DNA of 64,000 nt. Source: an uncultured virus (IMG/VR IMGVR_UViG_3300046758_000519). Taxonomy: Duplodnaviria > Heunggongvirae > Uroviricota > Caudoviricetes. Location of the stretch: the IMG/VR virus record IMGVR_UViG_3300046758_000519; one strand, 5' to 3'. A program made the translations under genes and the position numbers. Positions within the stretch are counted from its first letter, which is position 1. Each line of letters starts with the position of its first letter. Under the pieces are notes generated by a model that saw nothing but the letters and a program-made list of their open reading frames with translations, did no database searches and had not been told where the DNA came from. Positions 9,981 to 19,139 of the stretch are shown in pieces.

Positions 9981-10071
9981 TTATTCCCCAAATTCATATC
10001 CGAAATACTCGTTGTCTTTTGCGGATTTTTCATAAAACGATTTGTTTGGTTTCATCGTCATAGTGTTCGGT
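9981..10071 (-). pseudogene. decayed sulfotransferase 3'-end remnant (TEHYDDETKQIV / AKDNEYFGYEFGE*)
   Basis: direct repeat of 9348-9437 with a 1-nt indel; overlaps the stop of 10058-12064. Confidence 0.88.
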
Positions 10072-12064
10072 CTTTCTCCATTACCTCATTTTCCACAAAT
10101 TCCAAAAATCGTTGTTCTTCTGCGTTTTTAAAAAAATTGTTCTTTGAATAAATTTCACATTCAGCTCGAAGTCGGTTCATTTCATTTGGATCATTGAACA
10201 ATTCTTCAATTTTCTTCATTATGACATCAAAATCCGTATTTAAACGAACAAAGGCATCACTATCCATATCATATTTGGTATATTCACAATCTGCTTCAAT
10301 GGCAGGAGTTCCACACGCAACCATTTCATAAGCAATTCTTGATGGATTTGTTGTGCTGAATACAATTCCGAGTTCACACTTGTTATATAATTCAGCAGTA
10401 TCTTCTATGGAAACGTTTCCCAACAACTCGACATTTTTTGAAAGTTTGTGACATTTTCTGTATTCTTCTATGTCCTCAATTTCTCCGTGACCATATAAAA
10501 ATATTTGCTTCGCAGGATATTTCTGAGATAATTCACTTGCAAGTCTTATAACTAAGTCAGGAAGTCTGTGTTGTTTATTAAAATCATATAGAAGACATAC
10601 ATCAGCACGATGTTTGTTTTTATTATTATATATTTTTGTATCAACATTTAGACTCGTTGAAAATAGTTTTCTACCATCGGATAAATAGTTGCCTAGAAAT
10701 TTGCTCATTGTAAATGTTGGAATCTTTAATTCATAAAATTTTCTAAGAGACTCTTTGTCTACACAATCAGGAACACCTGCAATCTTCCACTCTAAATCCT
10801 GACAAAAGAAAGCAACTAACGCATTACAATTTCTATAATGATTTATTTTTTTAAATGTTTGCCACCCAGTTGCAATGTATACATCAGCAATTGTGTGAGT
10901 ATCAAAAAAATAAAATGGAATCGATTCTATATCATCAATTTCATTATACAAAGAAAATATTTTTCTCTGACCATTTAATGTATAACTATCTTTTCCGTTG
11001 CAGTTACCTTCTCGTTGTACTTCGATTTTTATATTAAAATTATTTCTTTGAAGGAATCCTATAATTCTTAATACCGTTCGTAGACCACCAGAAGATGCTG
11101 ATGTTACATTTTCTGCAAACGAAGGAAGTAAAAAAGTTATTGTAGTTGTTCCTTTTAAAATTTTAGGATGAATTAAATTAGATGCAAGTAAACCGAACCA
11201 ATATTCTAAGTGGTGTGTATAAGTTTCATTTACATTTTTAACATGATTTGTTTCTTTATTAAGATGTGTCGTTATTATAGAATGATCGTCTGTATTTTTT
11301 ATAAGGTAATCAAAAAACAATTGATTAAACCAAAAAATCGTTCCTGCATAAAACTTAAAATTATTTTTAGCAGATTCTTTTATTAAATTTGTGTTTGCGA
11401 TACGACCATCTTCATTTATTCCATGTTCTTTCCAATGATTTTTAAGTCTGTCATTGACACATTCTTTTTTGTTTTTAAATGCTAATAAGTTATTGTGTAA
11501 ATCATTGTGGTAATTAAAATAGAATTCAGGATCAAGTGTAACATCATTTTTGTCGTGGGATATAATTGTATCCCAAACATCATTTTCATTAATATTTAAA
11601 TTAAATTTTTTAATATGTGAATGTATAAAATTTTTATTTGCATGACTATTTGAAAATTTATATAAATATAAGTCAGAACCCGATACATTATATTCATTTA
11701 TATTCTCGAATAATCTTTGATAATTCGTTTCGGGTAAAACTGATTCGAACATAGAATTTGCCCACTTACACATATTTTTTGTGTGAATTTTTAAAAAATA
11801 ATCGTATGTTTTTCCACTTTTTTTTATTGCTTCTATTTGACAAAAAAAAGGATGCATATCCATTCCACCATTAGGATAATTTATTCTTATTATATTGTTA
11901 TGTATGTTAGACTCTTTTTCAAATACTACATAATCATCTTTATTATTACAACTTAAATACACATCACACTTAAAAGGTAATCTATTTAAATAACGTATCA
12001 AGTTTCCCAGTAAATGTGAATAATAAACACTCACAAGTAAAGCAATAGTTTTACATTCTCCCAT
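10058..12064 (-). CDS. fusion of RgpF-like rhamnan synthesis domain and WsaF/GT4-like glycosyltransferase
   Basis: NGGMDMHPF, LKIHTK, FYAGTIFW, HHLE (RgpF-like); SGGLRT, ATGWQT, FCQDLE, NPSRIAYEMVACG (WsaF-like). Confidence 0.8.
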   Translation of the reverse strand: MGECKTIALLVSVYYSHLLGNLIRYLNRLPFKCDVYLSCNNKDDYVVFEKESNIHNNIIRINYPNGGMDMHPFFCQIEAIKKSGKTYDYFLKIHTKNMCKWANSMFESVLPETNYQRLFENINEYNVSGSDLYLYKFSNSHANKNFIHSHIKKFNLNINENDVWDTIISHDKNDVTLDPEFYFNYHNDLHNNLLAFKNKKECVNDRLKNHWKEHGINEDGRIANTNLIKESAKNNFKFYAGTIFWFNQLFFDYLIKNTDDHSIITTHLNKETNHVKNVNETYTHHLEYWFGLLASNLIHPKILKGTTTITFLLPSFAENVTSASSGGLRTVLRIIGFLQRNNFNIKIEVQREGNCNGKDSYTLNGQRKIFSLYNEIDDIESIPFYFFDTHTIADVYIATGWQTFKKINHYRNCNALVAFFCQDLEWKIAGVPDCVDKESLRKFYELKIPTFTMSKFLGNYLSDGRKLFSTSLNVDTKIYNNKNKHRADVCLLYDFNKQHRLPDLVIRLASELSQKYPAKQIFLYGHGEIEDIEEYRKCHKLSKNVELLGNVSIEDTAELYNKCELGIVFSTTNPSRIAYEMVACGTPAIEADCEYTKYDMDSDAFVRLNTDFDVIMKKIEELFNDPNEMNRLRAECEIYSKNNFFKNAEEQRFLEFVENEVMEKDRTL

Positions 12065-12069
12065 GTATA

Positions 12070-12077
12070 ATAAATAT
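12070..12077 (-). promoter_or_regulatory. ATATTTAT putative phage promoter element
   Basis: 5 nt before ATG at 12064. Confidence 0.55.
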
Positions 12078-12083
12078 TAGTTA

Positions 12084-12938
12084 TTATAAAAACTTTCCAC
12101 GTAAAGCATCTTTATACGATGATTTTGGTATTTTTCTCAATAGACGATCATATTGCTGAACATCTATAAAGTTTTGCTCTAGACAGATGCTTTCTAAGCA
12201 CCCTATACACACTCCTTGTCTGCGTTGAATGGTACGAATATACGAAGATGTATCAAAGAAACTTTCAGCAGTTCCTGCGTCTAACCACGCACTTCCATTG
12301 GGCATTACTTTTACTTTAAGATCACCTCGTTTCAAATACTCATTATTGACGTCTGTGATTTCAAGTTCACCACGTTCAGAGGGTTTTAAATTCTTGGAAA
12401 TGTTTACCACGTCATTGTCATAAAAATATAAACCCGTGACTGCATAATTGCTTTTAGGTTTCTTTGGTTTTTCTTCAATGCTTAACGCAACATTGTTTTT
12501 ATCAAATTCAACAACTCCGTATCTTTCTGGGTCTTCCACACGATAAGCAAACACCGTTCCTCCTTTTATTGGAGTTTCAATTTCAAAAAATTTATTTGAC
12601 GCATGAAAAAAGTTGTCACCCAAAATCAAACACACAGGATCATTTTTAATAAAGTCTTCCGCAAGAATAAATGCTTCTGCAATTCCATTGCTTTTTTCCT
12701 GATGAACATACTCAAATGAACATCCAAACTTTTTACCATCACCGAAAAGTTGTCGGAAAAATCTCAACCCGATGTCGTTGGAGATTATACATATTTCATT
12801 GATACCGAATCTTAATAAACTCGACAATGAATAGTAAATCATTGGTTTATCGTAAAGCATAAGCAATTGCTTGCTTGCTACACTCGTTGTTGGATACAAA
12901 CGAGTACCACTTCCTCCTGCCAATATTATTCCTTTCAT
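12084..12938 (-). CDS. rmlA: glucose-1-phosphate thymidylyltransferase
   Basis: MKGIILAGGSGTRLYP, SKQLL..YDKPMIYY, LILGDN, EEKP, RGELEITD, WLDAGT; start moved to MKGII. Confidence 0.96.
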   Translation of the reverse strand: MKGIILAGGSGTRLYPTTSVASKQLLMLYDKPMIYYSLSSLLRFGINEICIISNDIGLRFFRQLFGDGKKFGCSFEYVHQEKSNGIAEAFILAEDFIKNDPVCLILGDNFFHASNKFFEIETPIKGGTVFAYRVEDPERYGVVEFDKNNVALSIEEKPKKPKSNYAVTGLYFYDNDVVNISKNLKPSERGELEITDVNNEYLKRGDLKVKVMPNGSAWLDAGTAESFFDTSSYIRTIQRRQGVCIGCLESICLEQNFIDVQQYDRLLRKIPKSSYKDALRGKFL

Positions 12939-12945
12939 CTCACTT

Positions 12946-12953
12946 ATAAGTAT
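12946..12953 (-). promoter_or_regulatory. ATACTTAT variant of the upstream motif
   Basis: 7 nt before ATG at 12938. Confidence 0.45.
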
Positions 12954-12963
12954 AAAAACTATT

Positions 12964-13602
12964 TTATTTATCGTACAAAAATATATCATCCAATGATAAA
13001 TTTTCTTTGTTATTATTATAGTTTCGTTGTAATTGATTTAATCTTTTATTTGAATGTTTATATTGATTATCATAACGATACCAATGATACAAATACACAC
13101 CATTCAATATACAAAATTTTATACCATGTTTGTGCAATCTTTTGCGAAAATCGTTATCTACACTCAAAAAACCTTTTTGTTTAAAACCTTTTATTTTTTT
13201 CCAAGTAGATTTTTTAAGTAAAATAAAAACACCACTATATCCTCGCAACCGTCCCGTTTTATTTTTTTCTATACACAATAAATCTTCATAATATTTTGAC
13301 TGAATATGCTTTCCAATTTTTCTATGATATTCTATGTCGTTGCTCATTAAATCAATATTACCTACCAATTGAAAAGTATTTGCCACTCGGTTTGTTCTTG
13401 CACCAAATGCACCCACATCAGGATTTTTATTTATTACATCATTTATTTGATTATACCATGTTGATGTTGTAAACATTGCATCGTGATCAACAAAGCATCC
13501 CCAATCATCATCGCTTGGAAGCATTTCCATGAATTTATTATATGCGTAACCCAAATTAGTTCCGTGTTCTTTTGGTGTGTAAGGTATATTTGTGTAAATC
13601 AT
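12964..13602 (-). CDS. GT2-like glycosyltransferase
   Basis: NLGYAYN, CFVDHD, SGVFILL, VDNDF, YLYHWYR. Confidence 0.7.
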   Translation of the reverse strand: MIYTNIPYTPKEHGTNLGYAYNKFMEMLPSDDDWGCFVDHDAMFTTSTWYNQINDVINKNPDVGAFGARTNRVANTFQLVGNIDLMSNDIEYHRKIGKHIQSKYYEDLLCIEKNKTGRLRGYSGVFILLKKSTWKKIKGFKQKGFLSVDNDFRKRLHKHGIKFCILNGVYLYHWYRYDNQYKHSNKRLNQLQRNYNNNKENLSLDDIFLYDK

Positions 13603-13656
13603 GTTATATTTCCGTTTGAAGTTTTATTTTTTGAAACCTTTATAATCGTTTAGTTT

Positions 13657-14355
13657 TCATTTTTTTTTCTCAAGTCCATGCAAAGGATACCAACCACTTA
13701 TAGATTCATGTTTTACAAACCAATTTCCACAAATTAATGATCGCATACCAAGAGGTTGGCATCTTTGGTATAAATCTTTTTCCTCACCACCCCATTTATT
13801 TTTTGTTCCATCTACATTCCAAAGTTTTTCATTGACATTGTATTTCTTGTAAAACTCACGATGAAATGCTTGACAAAATCCATTCAAAATATACCCACGA
13901 CGTTCTCGTATTTTTCCAGTTAGTTTGTGGTATCTTTGAGGACGGTTAAACGCACCATTGCTAACAGGACCCAGTAAACAATTTTCTCTGTCAGGATTTT
14001 TTTTACAAAAATCAACTATTTTATTGATTGAGTCTGTAAATTCAATGTCATCATTGCAAACTACGATTACTTCACAATTTTCTTTGTATGCCTTTGTTGC
14101 ACCAAAATTCCAAGTTCTCGATAAACCCTCCTGTGCTTGATTTTCAAATCGTGTAACATCGTATCTTTTACTTTTTTTAAATGGAATTTCACTTTCATTA
14201 TCCATAACATAAATTTTATATTTTGAATTCACAAAAGATTCAACGGACCGGATCATAGTTTCTAGGTACTCTTTTCCATGTTCTCTAAATGCTTTGCTGA
14301 AGTGTGCAGTTACTACAATTCCAATTTGCGTTTGTTTATTATCCCCCATATCCAC
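13657..14355 (-). CDS. GT2-like glycosyltransferase
   Basis: YVMDNES, GLSRTWNFG, VCNDDI, GPVSN, WGGEE. Confidence 0.75.
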   Translation of the reverse strand: MDMGDNKQTQIGIVVTAHFSKAFREHGKEYLETMIRSVESFVNSKYKIYVMDNESEIPFKKSKRYDVTRFENQAQEGLSRTWNFGATKAYKENCEVIVVCNDDIEFTDSINKIVDFCKKNPDRENCLLGPVSNGAFNRPQRYHKLTGKIRERRGYILNGFCQAFHREFYKKYNVNEKLWNVDGTKNKWGGEEKDLYQRCQPLGMRSLICGNWFVKHESISGWYPLHGLEKKK

Positions 14356-14359
14356 TAAT

Positions 14360-14367
14360 ATAAATAT
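14360..14367 (-). promoter_or_regulatory. ATATTTAT putative phage promoter element
   Basis: 4 nt before GTG at 14355. Confidence 0.5.
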
Positions 14368-14383
14368 AATTTACTATATATTG

Positions 14384-15142
14384 TTACTCAGATTCTAGAA
14401 AATTAAAATTGTCTCTTTTAATGTTATTAAAAATCTCATTTGTATTATATTCTAATTTCATTTCAGTCTCATGCTCCCACCTACATGAAGGTTTCCATCT
14501 TTTATTTTTTCTACTTCCCGAACCATGATGATAAACAAGATTATCGTAAATTGTAAAAAACACAGGGTGTTCGGTTAATGATCTGGTTCTTTTCATTTTA
14601 TACCACTCTATATTATTGTCTAACATATAAAAATACAACTGACCACCACTGTCATGTGTTCCAGGTTCATGTCTAAATCTAGGTTTTTTAGGTACTCCAT
14701 TCCATGTCAGTTTATGTTGTTTCCAAAACTCAACAGTTGAACAAGTAAACGAAGGATGTGGAATTACATCACCTGCTTCTTCTGGACGATAAACTGCTAC
14801 TAAGGGATATTTTTTTAACTTTTTGTTAATGTAATCACTTACATCAGATACAGGGAAAGCGTCACTATCCATCCATATCAAAATATCATCATTTTTCGTA
14901 TTTGAATCATTTAATACACAATCCGTCAATTTATTTAGTTTTGTCCAATGGTCTGCTGAAATCCATTTTTGTTTTATTGTTTTGCTATTTTCTAAATAAT
15001 GAAACTTATGCTTATGCTCAGAAATATCAAATCCATCTGCATAGGACCACACCTTACATTCTTTAATATGCTTCTTGATTTTTGCAAGTTGCAAATCAAT
15101 CCAAATATCCGAATTAAAATGTATCGTAAGAACGTGTATCAT
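14384..15142 (-). CDS. putative GT-A fold glycosyltransferase
   Basis: WMDSDAFP (DxD), PHPSF, DSGG, VYHHGSGSR. Confidence 0.6.
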   Translation of the reverse strand: MIHVLTIHFNSDIWIDLQLAKIKKHIKECKVWSYADGFDISEHKHKFHYLENSKTIKQKWISADHWTKLNKLTDCVLNDSNTKNDDILIWMDSDAFPVSDVSDYINKKLKKYPLVAVYRPEEAGDVIPHPSFTCSTVEFWKQHKLTWNGVPKKPRFRHEPGTHDSGGQLYFYMLDNNIEWYKMKRTRSLTEHPVFFTIYDNLVYHHGSGSRKNKRWKPSCRWEHETEMKLEYNTNEIFNNIKRDNFNFLESE

Positions 15143-15148
15143 TTTAAT

Positions 15149-15378
15149 TTACCAATTTAATAACATTTTATATTTCTTTGGAAGATAATCATTTTCTTCA
15201 ATTTTTGAATTTTTTGTATCGCAGATTCATTATTGAATTGATTTTTGCGTGGATAAAAAATAAAAGACTCATTTTTCAGTATCTTTTCATTATAGTAAGC
15301 ATAGTCATACATTGCTACATCAATTCCATGTTCTCCAAGATGTTCTGCCCAAAATCCAACTTTTTTTAGTTCTCCCAC
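15149..15378 (-). pseudogene. chimeric fragment: 5' stub of a GT4-like gene joined to the 3' stub of another gene
   Basis: VGELKKVGFW..HLGEHGIDVAMYDYAYYNEKIL is an N-terminus only; an alternate frame ends KIEENDYLPKKYKMLLNW* at 15149. Confidence 0.65.
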
Positions 15379-15383
15379 ACTCA

Positions 15384-15391
15384 ATAAATAT
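15384..15391 (-). promoter_or_regulatory. ATATTTAT putative phage promoter element
   Basis: 5 nt before GTG at 15378. Confidence 0.5.
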
Positions 15392-15430
15392 TATTTATTA
15401 TAAAAACTTTCCACGCAAAGTATTTTCATT
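15384..15430 (-). repeat. third orphan copy of rmlA 3' end plus spacer (NENTLRGKFL*)
   Basis: CTTTGCGTGGAAAGTTTTTATAATAAATAATATTTAT matches rmlA end and spacer at 12070-12107. Confidence 0.85.
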
Positions 15431-16159
15431 TTAAATTTTATTCCACTCGGCATTCATATATTCAGAACGATGAAATTCTTTCCAATAATGTTCGCAGTTA
15501 GAATTAAAAACTTCTTTTAAATTTTCTTCATTCTTTCCAATGCCAATCCATGCCTCTGCCATGTATCTATATACTTTTCTCATTTTGCGTATATTACTAT
15601 AATCTCTATTAAAAAGACTATCAGGTTTTGGTAATTTTTTTATATAGTCAGATTTTGCCCACCAAAAATTTCCACTAAAATGACGCAAACCAAGTTCTTT
15701 TGATGGTATTCCTACTTTTAATAATTGCTGGTTCATTAACGGAGAATTTTTCCATAAATTGACACCCACAGCATCATATTTTTTTAAATATTCTATAATA
15801 CACTTCCACCTCTCAATGTTAAAATATGTTAAATACTCAGTCCAATCCTGTATGTTTTTATTATTGCGAAAAGCACCCTTTGAGTGCAAATACAATACAT
15901 TAAATTCAGATTGCTTTGAATCATCCCATAACTTATTTAAAGTCGGAAATTCACATTTTTTTGAATCATCATTTTCATAAAAAAAATTATATTTAGGTCT
16001 TTCATTTACTTTAAGTAAAGTTCTATCCCCATTTACAATCAAATTAATTTCATCAACATAATCATATAACGCAGAAGTATCTATTCTCTCAAGTAGTTTT
16101 CTGAGAATGTTATTTACATCACCATTTACTGCAACATTAATATAAATTTTATTTTTCAT
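15431..16159 (-). CDS. putative glycosyltransferase-related protein
   Basis: EFPTL, LYLHSKG, DAVGVN, HFSGNFWWAKSDYIKKLP, AEAWIG. Confidence 0.6.
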   Translation of the reverse strand: MKNKIYINVAVNGDVNNILRKLLERIDTSALYDYVDEINLIVNGDRTLLKVNERPKYNFFYENDDSKKCEFPTLNKLWDDSKQSEFNVLYLHSKGAFRNNKNIQDWTEYLTYFNIERWKCIIEYLKKYDAVGVNLWKNSPLMNQQLLKVGIPSKELGLRHFSGNFWWAKSDYIKKLPKPDSLFNRDYSNIRKMRKVYRYMAEAWIGIGKNEENLKEVFNSNCEHYWKEFHRSEYMNAEWNKI

Positions 16160-16913
16160 AAGTCCATTTTGTAAAATTTTCAATTGTCTGTGTTCTACAT
16201 TTGATACTTTTTACAAACATAACTTCAAGTGGATGTGGAGAGTCACCAAAGTATCCACCGGGTTTGTGTAACATACGATGTCCGTGTTTAATTCCCATTT
16301 GTAATGGTTTTATTTCGTAATTGTGCCAAAGCAAAGACTTGGACATTCTAATTTCATGTTCTCTTACATACTTTATTTTAACATCACGACTCCATTTTAA
16401 ATTTGGATCAAAATATTTTTCATTAACAGAAAAAATACCCTTCTCCAATAATAATTTTACAGCAATTTTATCCATTCCGAAGCACATAGATTGAATGTGT
16501 CTGCTTCCTAAACAATAATTTTGAGTCGGACCCACAAGTTTAACTTTATCATCAATGCCACTTAAAAACATATCAACCCAAGTTATGTCATTAGGAATAT
16601 AATTTGGTACAAAAGGTCCTCTAACAGTATCATTCAAAAATATGAAATAGTCATAATCATCAAGTTCAACGAAATCAAGTGATGCACGATATGCGGCGAA
16701 ATCATGACCAATGTTATCACGTTTTATCACAGATATATTATTTGATGTTGGAATATCAATTAAACTTTCATGTCCGTTTAATACAAAGTTGTAATGATAA
16801 TTATCATTATCAAGAATTCCATGCTCAAAGAAGAATTTCAAATTTTCTTCCAAATAATCAACGAATGGTCCACCTCGTTTATTATGTACAAATGTTATTA
16901 ATACTTTTTTCAT
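16149..16913 (-). CDS. glycosyltransferase-like protein, paralog of 6307-7080
   Basis: RDNIGHDFAAY, FLNDTVRGPF, HIQSMCF, HPLEVMFVK; start moved to MKKVLITF. Confidence 0.65.
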   Translation of the reverse strand: MKKVLITFVHNKRGGPFVDYLEENLKFFFEHGILDNDNYHYNFVLNGHESLIDIPTSNNISVIKRDNIGHDFAAYRASLDFVELDDYDYFIFLNDTVRGPFVPNYIPNDITWVDMFLSGIDDKVKLVGPTQNYCLGSRHIQSMCFGMDKIAVKLLLEKGIFSVNEKYFDPNLKWSRDVKIKYVREHEIRMSKSLLWHNYEIKPLQMGIKHGHRMLHKPGGYFGDSPHPLEVMFVKSIKCRTQTIENFTKWTYEK

Positions 16914-16923
16914 CCACCAATTC

Positions 16924-17601
16924 CTAAAAATGACCATTTGGTCTTTTATAAATATACGAGTCCAACCACTTTCTTTTGCGATTCGTTTTACTTGCTGAAT
17001 GTGGTATTTTCTCATCTATTTGAACCATGTTATCTATGATAAATTTTATCTGTCGGTCTGTGTCATAGAGTTTGCACAATGTTTCGTGTAAAATATAATA
17101 CTTCCACTTTTTATTTTGCGTAAATTCTTCTATAAAATATGCTTTCCACAGATTTATTAAATAATGATTTGAAGTTCTTGCACACAAAAACCAACTTGTT
17201 GTTTCACGATTACCCATTTTTTTATTTAAAGACCTTGGAAAAAAACGATAAGTAAAAAAACCTGTTGTATTAACAACTTCTTCATAGAAATCACTTAATG
17301 GACTTACGGGGTAAACATTACAATCCACCCACACACCTCCGTATTTTGATAACAAAAGTAATCTTAATAAATCAGCACAATGTGAATGTTCACGTTTTGG
17401 TGAATCATTCAAGATTTCTTGAAAGTTTGGAATGTATTCTGATATTGTTTGGGAATTTAAAACAATCACATTCCAGTCTTTATTCAACTCTTTCCATTTT
17501 TGTATGCACACTTTATTCAAACGTGGCATATTGAGATCATCTTCACCTTGAAACCAGCACATCCATATTGTCTTATTCTTATGTTTAGAAAAGGTTTTCA
17601 T
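16924..17601 (-). CDS. capsular polysaccharide synthesis protein (GT32-like)
   Basis: TIWMCWFQGE, ADLLRLLLLSKYGGVWVD. Confidence 0.85.
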   Translation of the reverse strand: MKTFSKHKNKTIWMCWFQGEDDLNMPRLNKVCIQKWKELNKDWNVIVLNSQTISEYIPNFQEILNDSPKREHSHCADLLRLLLLSKYGGVWVDCNVYPVSPLSDFYEEVVNTTGFFTYRFFPRSLNKKMGNRETTSWFLCARTSNHYLINLWKAYFIEEFTQNKKWKYYILHETLCKLYDTDRQIKFIIDNMVQIDEKIPHSASKTNRKRKWLDSYIYKRPNGHF

Positions 17602-17622
17602 TTAATTTTTATTGTATAATAT

Positions 17623-18348
17623 TCAGTTGACATCAAATGTGGGTACATCACTACCACATCTATCATCTTGGTATATTTTTTTAAAATTCAGTAAATAAGA
17701 ATTTATTTTATTTGTTGAGTATAAATGATCAATATCAGATACAAACTGTTCATCTAAGAAATTTTTAATACGATTTGCGTTGTTTATTATGCAAAAATGA
17801 GCACCTCCGTTAAATCCATGCTCATTTCCATTAAAATTCGCAATGTCATTACTTAACATATTTAAATAATCACATGGAAATCTTTTTACATTATTTATTG
17901 CATCAATTTTAGTTATAAAATTCTTATTAAAAACAGAAGAAAATGGTCTAATTATATCCCATTCATTATCTGAAAATAAATTACGATTTTTGTTTAATAT
18001 TCTATTTAAGTTTTTTAAATTTTTTTTTGTAATATTTGCAACATCATCCTCTAGTATTACGAAAGGTTGTGTGTGTTCTTTCATTTTACATAATATAGAA
18101 TATTGTGAAAGATAAATTCCACACACGGCCAACGCAGTTTTATTTTTATATAAACACCTACCCGATAGTCGTGATTTTAAGAATTTATATTTTCCATTAT
18201 TAATTTCATCAAACGTGGGGACGATTGCCTCAAACCTTTCATAATTTACACCAGCATCTGTAAGCATATATTCCATACGCATATTTCTATCTAAACGACT
18301 ATTTAAATTTATATAAAAAAACTTTATTTTTCTTAAATTGAATTTCAT
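17623..18348 (-). CDS. GT25-like glycosyltransferase
   Basis: YINLNSRLDR, ERFEAI, GIYLSQ, ILEDD. Confidence 0.75.
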   Translation of the reverse strand: MKFNLRKIKFFYINLNSRLDRNMRMEYMLTDAGVNYERFEAIVPTFDEINNGKYKFLKSRLSGRCLYKNKTALAVCGIYLSQYSILCKMKEHTQPFVILEDDVANITKKNLKNLNRILNKNRNLFSDNEWDIIRPFSSVFNKNFITKIDAINNVKRFPCDYLNMLSNDIANFNGNEHGFNGGAHFCIINNANRIKNFLDEQFVSDIDHLYSTNKINSYLLNFKKIYQDDRCGSDVPTFDVN

Positions 18349-18404
18349 TACTCGTTTGCTTCCTTGGCATTTGATTTATATTTCCACATCCATATTGTAT
18401 TCAT
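18348..18404 (-). pseudogene. chimeric mini-ORF MNTIWMWKYKSNAKEANE*
   Basis: 5' part matches GT32/Caps_synth N-termini (TIWM.W); 3' part matches the KEANE* end of 19132-19986 with synonymous changes. Confidence 0.75.
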
Positions 18405-18407
18405 AAT

Positions 18408-19139
18408 CTAATTGTTTATTAAATACATCAATTTGCTTGATTGCTTAAATTTGGTAGATAACGATTTCAGTTTACCTCTGTATTTATGTGTTAATTTAAA
18501 ATATGGATAGATTTGAATTGCCTCTTTGAACGAATCATCGACATCTTCACTCATTAAATCAAATTTATTCGCAATTATTTTCACTCCTTTTTTTCTTCGG
18601 TTTGAGGATTTTCCTATTTGAATTTCCATTAAGTGATTTTTTATACTACTCAAAATTTTTGAACTCCACATAATATTAATTTTATGGTACGATGATTTAC
18701 CTTCGGCAAGTTTAAGGTCTTCTTCATTATATTCTAATTTCATATAATTATTTTCTTTAGCATCGCAATACATAAAATTAATACTTGGAAGGTGACTATC
18801 AATATCCCACTGAACAAAAATACCTTTGTATAAGTTATCTTGCAACCAGTTATCGAGTGGTTTGTTGCAAAATATCGTTGCATCGACATACAACCCACCA
18901 TATCTATATAAAATATACAATTTTATTGCATCACAATAGCATTGCATTGGACTAAGTTTTTTAAATTTATTGAGTGTTTTTTTATCAACAAACTGCCCAA
19001 TATTATTCTCATCAATCACTTTCACCTCCCAATTAGGATTTTTTTCAATCCAAGAATTAAGACAGGCCTTGCATATTTCAGGAGCATTTTTTATTCCTTG
19101 CAACCAAATAAACCAAACTACTTTGACACTATCACTCAT
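18408..19139 (-). CDS. capsular polysaccharide synthesis protein (GT32-like)
   Basis: VWFIWLQG..NAP, SWIEKNPNW, YRYGGLYVDAT, FKLTHK. Confidence 0.85.
   Translation of the reverse strand: MSDSVKVVWFIWLQGIKNAPEICKACLNSWIEKNPNWEVKVIDENNIGQFVDKKTLNKFKKLSPMQCYCDAIKLYILYRYGGLYVDATIFCNKPLDNWLQDNLYKGIFVQWDIDSHLPSINFMYCDAKENNYMKLEYNEEDLKLAEGKSSYHKINIMWSSKILSSIKNHLMEIQIGKSSNRRKKGVKIIANKFDLMSEDVDDSFKEAIQIYPYFKLTHKYRGKLKSLSTKFKQSSKLMYLINN

Noticed and set aside
6251..15430. Integron attC sites or a CRISPR array
   Set aside because: Repeats are gene-end homologies with irregular kilobase spacing, no palindromic attC structure, and no intI or cas genes
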